The translations under genes were made by a program, and so were the position numbers. 32,000 bases of DNA, taken from Okeania sp. (lineage in GTDB: Bacteria; Cyanobacteriota; Cyanobacteriia; Cyanobacteriales; Microcoleaceae). Where the stretch lies: NCBI RefSeq assembly GCF_035285525.1, contig NZ_JAYKGW010000018.1, positions 30,001 to 62,000 of the forward strand, given 5' to 3'. The notes beneath the pieces are model-generated. The model was given only the letters and a program-made list of their open reading frames with translations, ran no database searches and had not been told where the DNA came from. This document shows, in pieces, positions 26,096 to 32,000 of this stretch (position 1 is its first letter; the number at the start of each line of letters is the position of its first letter).

Positions 26096-26285
26096 AAATA
26101 ATGTTATAAATAGTTTAAAATTTTAGATGTGAATATATGCGAAATATAGCACTTTCTTTACCAAAAAATGAGGGTATGTACCTCCCCTTTTAAGGGGATG
26201 AAAAAATATTTAACACGGTTCCAGAGAAATCAGTATTTCAAGCCTCCAACTTTAGTCGGAGGTTCACTCTCTACTGATAAATTAA

Positions 26286-26525
26286 ATGACACTTACTATT
26301 AATTTAAAACATATTGCTGCTACTTTACCAATTTTTGTCAGACTAGAACAAAAAGAAAAGTTATTATTTGTTTTAGGTGCTTTGATCGCTAGATTAATTA
26401 GTTTGAGAAAAGCTGCGTAAATTATGGAAATTGATGCTGAGGAATTGTTGCAAATCTTGGATTTATTAGGCATTAAATTTTCCTATCTTTCCTCTGAAGA
26501 TATAGAACAGGAACAAAGGTGGTAA
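26286..26525 (+). pseudogene. UPF0175-like antitoxin gene interrupted by an in-frame TAA
   Basis: Own translation: MTLTINLKHIAATLPIFVRLEQKEKLLFVLGALIARLISLRKAA*IMEIDAEELLQILDLLGIKFSYLSSEDIEQEQRW*. The stop at 26418-26420 sits where the family has ...ISLGKAAEI... Both halves stay in one frame. Confidence 0.55.
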
Positions 26526-27151
26526 AAGTTTTGAAAATTGTAATTAATTCCTCTCCTATCATCTTTTTTTTTAGTCAAGTTGCAAGCTTTAGAATTATTT
26601 ATTAGTAACAATAATGAATTTTATACACAACCCTCTGTTGTGACTGAAATTAATGCTAAAAGTGATGAGATTAGTTGGGTATTAACTCCTTTACTAGCAT
26701 CAGAAAAATTAATAATACAAAGCGCTAGTTTAACTTCTTTATTTAATCAGTTAAATATGAACTTTGGCAGCGGTAATTTCAGTTATCAGTTATCAGTACC
26801 TCTAGCTGTTTGCACAGCATTCCTTAGGAAAGTAAGAGGCTAAATACTGAATATTCTTTTTTTATCCTCTTAAAAGAGGAGGCTTCATACCTAAATTTTT
26901 CGGTGAATCAGAAACTATTGCTTTAGCTATAGAATTACAAGCTGATTTTGTAATTTATAGACAATTTATTTGCTAGAAAAATAACTACTAATTTAGGATT
27001 AAATGTAAAGGGAACTTTAGCAATTTTGAAAAAATTAGCTGTGGAGGGAAAAATAGAAATAGGTAATAAAGATGAGCTTTATAAAAATCTTGTCAAAATC
27101 AAATTTAGAATTTATCGTTCTATTTTCGATGCTGTATTTCGTGATATTTAG
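26519..27151 (+). pseudogene. DUF3368 (PIN-like) toxin gene with a homopolymer frameshift, a MITE insertion and a second frameshift
   Basis: Frame a: VVKVLKIVINSSPIIF. A T9 run follows at about 26564-26572. Frame b: (L)QALELFISNNNEFYTQPSVVTEINAKSDE...LNMNFG. Then a 136-bp insert. Frame c: ESETIALAIELQADFVI. Frame d: IDNLFARKITTNLGLNVKGTLAILKKLAVEGKIEIGNKDELYKNL...FRDI*. The GE(A/S)E.IALA and ARK...LGL...GTL..L blocks are DUF3368 hallmarks as I remember them. Confidence 0.6.
26769..26904. mobile_element. Family B MITE inserted in the DUF3368 pseudogene
   Basis: agcggtaatttcagttatcagttatcagt...gcacagcattcc...tttttttatcctcttaaaagaggaggcttcatacctaaatttttcggt. Ends are homologous to 20462-20665 and 21046-21148. 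Removing about 136 nt rejoins ...MNFG to ESETIALA in frame. Confidence 0.65.
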
Positions 27152-27324
27152 TAAATAATTGATAAAATCTTACCCAAGTATAAGCATTCTACATTTTGAA
27201 CCAACTTGGGATGATTTTTTAGCTAATTTAGTGACAGATTATTTAGTAAATTATTATCTAGACTAAAAAATAATTTCCGATTTAATTTGCTGTAATTAAT
27301 TGTGTTTTGCTACTTAATTATCCA

Positions 27325-27526
27325 GTAAGCATTCAGTCGTCAGCTATCAGCTATTGTCTTTAGTTTGAGATATAAAGCTTTATTAACTGAGCTAGGTTAA
27401 TTGGTTTGAGATAACAGTTTTATTAATTAACACAAAATTAGAGCTTACTATAAAAGCTGAGTTTTATTGCTGATAACTGCTGAGTTTTATTGCTGATAAC
27501 TGAGGTGCTAATAACTGAATGCTTAC
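27325..27526. mobile_element. Family A MITE, copy 4 (internal 23-nt tandem duplication)
   Basis: gtaagcattcagtcgtcagctatcagc ... ctaataactgaatgcttac. The interior gctgagttttattgctgataact is repeated twice. Confidence 0.75.
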
Positions 27527-27535
27527 CTGACATTA

Positions 27536-27904
27536 CTACTTAATTATCCATTCTAAAGCTTGGTCTTTTTCTGACCAAGAAAAACATTTTGCCTCAAGAT
27601 GGATTATATCACCAAAAATTTTATTACCAGCAGTAGTTAATTTATTTATCCAATTTGCATCACATACAACTGCTTTTTTATCGAAATCTTTTAGGTGTCC
27701 TAAACCAAATTTTAAATCTTCCCATAAAGCTTCCGCAGATATTCCTTGAAAACTTTTAACTTCAACATAAACTCGTAATTTAGGTTGAGATTTTAATCTT
27801 TCCTCAACTAAATTTTTGATTTTTTCAATGTCACTTGTTTCAATTTTTCCATCAATACTAAGACCAATGATATTTTGATTTGCTAAAGATATAATTTCTA
27901 TCAT
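27536..27904 (-). CDS. STAS/SEC14-like (SpoIIAA-like) small protein
   Basis: 122 aa with the pattern ...GLSIDGKIETSDIEKI...LRVYVEVKSFQGISAEALWEDLKFGLGHLKDFDKKAVVCD..W...., typical of this stand-alone family as I remember it. Confidence 0.7.
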   Translation of the reverse strand: MIEIISLANQNIIGLSIDGKIETSDIEKIKNLVEERLKSQPKLRVYVEVKSFQGISAEALWEDLKFGLGHLKDFDKKAVVCDANWINKLTTAGNKIFGDIIHLEAKCFSWSEKDQALEWIIK

Positions 27905-28000
27905 TTTACTTTTCTCCTTCTGAAATACTTATCAATTTTAATCTGTTATTTTTAGGTAAAACTTCTGTAGATTTTTAATCCTTTTATAAGTTAATTATGC

Positions 28001-28211
28001 CTAAGCATTCAGCCGTCAGCTAAAAGAGGAATTAATCTTCAAAGAGAATTAAAAGTCCGATACGAAAAAGATCATCAGCTAAATTTATTAAGTTATTAGT
28101 TTCATGTATTTTTGGCGCAGGATAATCCAGGAAAAACTGTTTGCGCAGCATTCCGGAGTCAAAGCTAACTGCTAATAGCTGTTTGCGCAGCATTCCGAAG
28201 GAAATGCTTAC
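28001..28211. mobile_element. Family A MITE, copy 5
   Basis: ctaagcattcagccgtcagc ... gcagcattccgaaggaaatgcttac. Perfect 8-bp direct repeat AATTATGC immediately on both sides (27993-28000 and 28212-28219). Confidence 0.85.
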
Positions 28212-28422
28212 AATTATGCTTTCTATATTTCCTTTATTTTTGCCTAAATAAAATAGTTGCAAGCCAAACTTATTAATCTAATACTTACTTTCACCCTATC
28301 AATTAACTTTAACTCAAGTTAATTAAAGCTGCCAATTAAGAAGTTAATTTGTTTACATTTTTTATTTAAACAAGCTAGTCCTTTTTTCTAGGGTTTTCCA
28401 GAGTCATAAGATACATCCATTT

Positions 28423-28594
28423 GCAGCATTCAACTATCAGAATAGTGTTTTTATTTTTTTGATAAAATCCTTATTATTCAGGATTAAGTTTTGCTATAAA
28501 AAGGCAATTTTAAATTCTATATTTGTTTCAATTTACTCCTTAAGCTTGAAGTTTTTATTAATTGATAACCGACAACTAATAGCTGAATACTTAC
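28423..28594. mobile_element. Family A MITE, copy 6 (opposite orientation to copy 2, degenerate left end)
   Basis: The reverse complement of the right part, ggtaagtattcagctattagttgtcgg...aataaaaacttcaagcttaaggag, aligns with 24377-24425. No clear TSD. Confidence 0.6.
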
Positions 28595-28617
28595 CCAAGA
28601 ATTAATAATTAATAATT

Positions 28618-28851
28618 AAAAGTTGATAGTCAATAATTATTCATTCAAAAAATCACGTCTGGAAGCCTCCCCTTTTAAGGAGTAAAAAATTTCATGATTA
28701 GTCAATTCCCTCCTTTAAAGAAGGGGTAATTATTAAAAGTTGATAGTCAATAATTATTCATTCAAAAAATCACGTCTGGAAGCCTCCCCTTTTAAGAAGT
28801 AAAAAATTTCATGATTAGTCAATTCCCTTCTTTAAAGAAGGGGTAATTATT
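28618..28851. repeat. 117-bp tandem duplication (2 units, 2 substitutions) of a family F-like segment
   Basis: aaaagttgatagtcaataattattcattcaaaaaatcacgtctggaagcctccccttttaag(g/a)agtaaaaaatttcatgattagtcaattccct(c/t)ctttaaagaaggggtaattatt starts at 28618 and 28735. Confidence 0.9.
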
Positions 28852-28896
28852 AATTATTAATTGTTCATGGCTTTACTGCTGAAATCTATTTTTATT

Positions 28897-28959
28897 CTAT
28901 TCCCTATTCCCTATTGCCTATTGCCTATTGCCTATTTCCTATTTCCTATTCCCTGTTCC
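28897..28959. repeat. STRR array CTATTCC/CTATTGC/CTATTTC (9 heptamers)
   Basis: ctattccctattccctattgcctattgcctattgcctatttcctatttcctattccctgttcc. Ends 9 nt from the ABC gene stop. The G-rich strand is co-oriented with that gene. Confidence 0.92.
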
Positions 28960-28968
28960 TATAATGAA

Positions 28969-30720
28969 TTAACTAAATTGTTTCTGATAAAAACGATTAT
29001 AAAGCTTACCTTTTGCCAGTAACTCTGCATGAGTACCCGACTCTAAAATTTGACCATTTTCCATAACCAAAATACGATTAGCACGACGCACAGTTGCTAA
29101 CCTATGAGCAATAATAAATACCGTCCTTCCTTCCATCAATCTTTCCAAAGCTTCTTGAACTAAATATTCAGATTCAGAATCAAGAGAAGAAGTAGCTTCA
29201 TCTAATATTAATATCCTGGGATTTTCTAATACCGCACGAGCGATCGCTATTCTTTGTCTTTGCCCTCCCGATAAATTAACACCCCTTTCTCCCACCCAAG
29301 TTTCATAACCTTTTGGCAACTTAGTAATAAACTGATGAGCATTAGCAACCTTAGCTGCTTCTTGTACATAATTAATATCATAATCTAATTGACCAAAAGC
29401 AATATTTTGTGATACCTTTCCCGAAAATAATGTCACCTCTTGAGGAACAATTCCAATTTGTCTTCTCAAACTTTTAAGAGTCACATCTTTAATATTAATA
29501 TCATCAATTAATATTTCCCCTGATTGAAAACTATAAAATCTAGGCAACAAATTTACAAGTGTACTTTTTCCAGCTCCAGAAGCACCAACCAAAGCAATTA
29601 TTTCCCCAGAATTTACCAACAAATTTATATTTTTCAAAACCTGCTTTTCAGGATTATAAGAAAAACAAACATTCTTATATTCTACCTTTCCCAGTACAGT
29701 AGGCAAACGTATCGCATTGGTTTTTTCTATCACTTGAGGTTGAATTTTTAACAATTCAAAAACCCGGTCACAAGAAGCCTCACCTTGTTTAAACTCACTA
29801 TAATTACTTGTTGTTAAAGAAATCGGATCAATCAACAAAGCTACACCAGTTACATAACTAATAAAACCTTCCCCAGTCAAATTTCCCTGAGATATTTGCC
29901 ACCCCCCCAAAAAAAACAAAAAAACCACACTCATTGCCTCCAAAAAACCAACCACTACAAACTGTAGAGCCTTCACCTTTTCCGTCATATATTTTGCTTG
30001 TCGGTTTTGTTCAGCCTCCACAGAAAATTGAGCAATTTGATACTCCTCAGCAGCAAAAGCTTGAACCACCTTAATACCACCAAATACCTCCGTTATTAAA
30101 GCCGATAAATTAGAAATATGATTCTGACTTTGGTGGGAAAAAGAAAGTAATAACTCTCCAAACCAACCTATCAATAAAGCCATCAAAGGAGCAATAATTA
30201 GAGTTGCAAAAGTTAATTGCCAATTCAAATAAACCATGTACCCAAGCACAACAATTAACTGTAAAATGCAAGGCACAAATTGGTGAAAAAACTTATTAAT
30301 AACCTCCCCAGTCCGGTCAATATCCTCCGTTATCCGATAGGAAAGGTCTCCAGTTTTTGAACTTTCAAAATAACTAATATCCAGCCTTTGTAAGTGAGAA
30401 TAAACTCTTTTTCGCAAATCTAAAGCAATATTTAAAGCGGCTTTTGCCATTAGGGTATCTTGACCATACTGCACCGTACCCTTAATCAGAAAAATAATAG
30501 CTGCTAGACCAGCCAGTTGAGCGATCGCTCCCACATCTCCCTTGCCAATATAACCTGCCATTTCACCCATTAGCCAAGCTAAAATAGGCCAAAAAATAGT
30601 AAAGATTAATGTACAAATCAATGCCTTAATAATTGTTGGCCAGTAGGTATAAACATAAGGTAAAAGCTGCCAATAATTAGAGCTTGATTTTAATCTGCCC
30701 AGCTTAATTTGATTTTTCAA
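28969..30720 (-). CDS. ABC exporter, fused permease/ATPase (MsbA/ABCB-like half transporter)
   Basis: Six-TM N-terminal domain; Walker A GASGAGKST; signature LSGGQRQR; Walker B ILILDEATS; H-loop IIAHRL. No N-terminal C39 peptidase domain. The track start is TTG. Confidence 0.92.
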   Translation of the reverse strand: MKNQIKLGRLKSSSNYWQLLPYVYTYWPTIIKALICTLIFTIFWPILAWLMGEMAGYIGKGDVGAIAQLAGLAAIIFLIKGTVQYGQDTLMAKAALNIALDLRKRVYSHLQRLDISYFESSKTGDLSYRITEDIDRTGEVINKFFHQFVPCILQLIVVLGYMVYLNWQLTFATLIIAPLMALLIGWFGELLLSFSHQSQNHISNLSALITEVFGGIKVVQAFAAEEYQIAQFSVEAEQNRQAKYMTEKVKALQFVVVGFLEAMSVVFLFFLGGWQISQGNLTGEGFISYVTGVALLIDPISLTTSNYSEFKQGEASCDRVFELLKIQPQVIEKTNAIRLPTVLGKVEYKNVCFSYNPEKQVLKNINLLVNSGEIIALVGASGAGKSTLVNLLPRFYSFQSGEILIDDINIKDVTLKSLRRQIGIVPQEVTLFSGKVSQNIAFGQLDYDINYVQEAAKVANAHQFITKLPKGYETWVGERGVNLSGGQRQRIAIARAVLENPRILILDEATSSLDSESEYLVQEALERLMEGRTVFIIAHRLATVRRANRILVMENGQILESGTHAELLAKGKLYNRFYQKQFS

Positions 30721-31108
30721 AATATTATAAATTTTTCTATATTTTCAAGATAAAAAACTTGCGTTTAGGGATTTAGCATGATAGAACAGTCATAAGCCAA
30801 GTCGTGGAAAAGTTTGGTAAGAATCTATAGTCCATCCTACACACCAAAGGCCAGCCTAATTTGATTTGGCATTTTTACTTGATACTTATAACTCATGTGA
30901 TATTCTGTAAAATGCCAATCTAAAGCTTATATGTCCGATTTTTGGCATAAACTGGGAATATATCTACCAAACCCCAAGTACAATTTTTACATCTACTTTT
31001 TTAAGATTCTGTTTCAAAGACATCTTTGAATTAGTATGTAATTGTTAATATAGGTAAAATCCTATTTTGTAGTAGTTCATTTATTATTTAGGTTAAACAG
31101 AGGAAATT

Positions 31109-31468
31109 ATGGAAACATTAGCATTTTCCCATTTAGCTATCAATACAGAAAACTCTGACAATGAGTATACTGTTTGTGTAGACTTCAGCAACCTATCCAC
31201 TGTTGGTGCAATGGGTTTACTATCTGTTGCTACTGTAGTTGGAGCAATGGGCGTAACTGCTGATTCTGCTTCTGCTCATGGTTATGGCTATGGTCGCTAT
31301 AATAACTATGGTAGTTATGGTGGTTATGGTAAATATGGTCGTAGCTCTAGTAACTACTACAGAAAAGTTACCTACACAGAAGTTGTTCGTAAGTCTTACA
31401 ATAAATCCTATGGTAGCTATGGTAACTACGGTGGCTATGGTGGCTATGGTGGCTACGACTGCTACTAA
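31109..31468 (+). CDS. Small secreted or membrane-anchored protein with METLAFSHLA leader and Gly/Tyr-rich C-terminal region
   Basis: AGAGGAAATT precedes the ATG. Hydrophobic segment GAMGLLSVATVVGAMGV is followed by ADSASA (AxA-type site). The remaining 62 aa are about 50% G+Y by eye (HGYGYGRYNNYGSYGGYGKYG...GSYGNYGGYGGYGGYDCY). A paralog lies 310 nt downstream. Confidence 0.6.
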   Translation: METLAFSHLAINTENSDNEYTVCVDFSNLSTVGAMGLLSVATVVGAMGVTADSASAHGYGYGRYNNYGSYGGYGKYGRSSSNYYRKVTYTEVVRKSYNKSYGSYGNYGGYGGYGGYDCY

Positions 31469-31476
31469 GCTTTTGA

Positions 31477-31526
31477 GATTATCAAAGTCCACGAATAGAA
31501 GAAACTAATCGAGGACTTTGATAATC
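31477..31526 (+). terminator. Stem-loop with 14-bp perfect arms 9 nt after the stop of the Gly/Tyr-rich gene
   Basis: gattatcaaagtcc (31477-31490) and ggactttgataatc (31513-31526), 22-nt loop. Followed by ttcaaaaat rather than a clean T-tract, so intrinsic-terminator status is uncertain. Confidence 0.4.
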
Positions 31527-31779
31527 TTCAAAAATATTCTGTATAAACAAGCTAGTTTACACGGTAGCTTGATAGTTCAACTAAGGAAATTATAAAATTT
31601 CCTAGTTTAAATTCTAAATTCAACTAAATTCTGCTGAAGTTGGTATACTTTACGGTATTATCAAACACGAAGCATACTATCATTTTGAGTGTTACACCGC
31701 AAAAATACCCAGAATGCTATGAGGCGATAGGGTAGGCACTTAGAATAATAAGGATGTCAAATATTATTACACAGGAATC

Positions 31780-32000
31780 ATGGAAACATTAGCATATTCT
31801 CATTTAGCTACTGCAGAAGAAAATTCTACAGTAGAACTCAGTTTTGAAGGAGTAAACTGGAAAAGATTCTCTAGCTTAGGTGTAATGGGTCTTCTTTCTG
31901 CAGCTACTATTTTAGGCGCTCTCAGTACAACTGCTGACTCTGCTGCGGCTTGCCACCATACTTGTGGTTCAAAATATGGTCATCGTTCATACCGGAAAAG
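31780..32000 (+). CDS. Paralog of 31109-31468: same leader, Cys/His-containing cargo; runs off the right edge
   Basis: Own translation from the ATG at 31780: METLAYSHLATAEENSTVELSFEGVNWKRFSSLGVMGLLSAATILGALSTTADSAAACHHTCGSKYGHRSYRK... The 5' context acaggaatcATGgaaacattagca parallels agaggaaattATGgaaacattagca. Confidence 0.55.
   Translation, partial: METLAYSHLATAEENSTVELSFEGVNWKRFSSLGVMGLLSAATILGALSTTADSAAACHHTCGSKYGHRSYRK

Noticed and set aside
25134-26473. Minus-strand ORFs 25134-25346 and 26282-26473
   Set aside because: The first is antisense to the 5' end of the AEC transporter gene. The second is antisense to the UPF0175-like pseudogene, whose plus-strand reading gives a family-like sequence.
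28032-28262. Track ORF 28032-28262 (minus), containing the duplicated MLRKQ motif
   Set aside because: It lies inside family A MITE copy 5. The internal duplication is the MITE's repeated ctgtttgcgcagcattccg segment.
31220-31508. ORFs 31220-31492 (-) and 31278-31508 (+) overlapping the Gly/Tyr-rich gene
   Set aside because: They are alternative-frame readings of the GGTTATGG/GGCTATGG simple repeat, giving V/M/A/T or I/A/T runs. The frame at 31109 is preferred because it has a leader conserved in the downstream paralog.
28969-32000. Interpreting the ABC exporter plus small-peptide genes as a bacteriocin or RiPP export locus
   Set aside because: The exporter lacks an N-terminal C39 peptidase domain. 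The peptides have a Sec-type hydrophobic segment with an AxA site rather than a double-glycine leader. No modification enzymes are in the window. I keep it only as a weak adjacency note in the GY-protein finding.

Overview
AT-rich segment (mid-30s % GC by eye, not computed) that looks like the chromosome of a heterocystous, Nostocales-type cyanobacterium. Support: psbU and btpA photosystem genes, at least 10 exact HIP1 octamers (GCGATCGC, e.g. 3459, 3593, 3688, 7740, 9898, 11846, 20040, 20758, 29240, 30521), and many heptamer/octamer short tandem repeats (STRR-like). I support 20 intact or edge-truncated CDS: HldE-like sugar kinase fragment, CheY-like response regulator, lipA, two orphan ORFs, gloA, clpB, a multi-pass membrane protein, FHA-adenylate cyclase, psbU, a small secreted ORF, CHASE2-PAS-GGDEF cyclase, btpA, SGNH hydrolase, AI-2E and AEC transporters, STAS/SEC14-like protein, MsbA-like ABC exporter, and two tandem small secreted proteins. 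There are also three gene remnants: a PPC-domain fragment and a decayed UPF0175/DUF3368 toxin-antitoxin pair. I saw no rRNA, tRNA, CRISPR array, transposase, integrase, or recognisable defence or biosynthetic cluster. The most striking property is non-coding. By my own interval arithmetic, intact CDS cover only about 53% of the window. The rest is a mosaic of at least five MITE-like repeat families (several with clean target-site duplications), STRR arrays that abut or overlap gene termini, and a 17-nt element that appears as a clean indel between paralogous repeat copies. I did not find a convincing novel multi-gene system. The most unusual candidates are the tandem METLA(F/Y)SHLA-leader genes with a Gly/Tyr-rich cargo next to the ABC exporter, the 17-nt ultra-small inserted element, STRR arrays carried inside TA-flanked MITEs, and an AT-rich islet with two divergent orphan ORFs. 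Repeat boundaries were read by eye and are approximate (a few nt).
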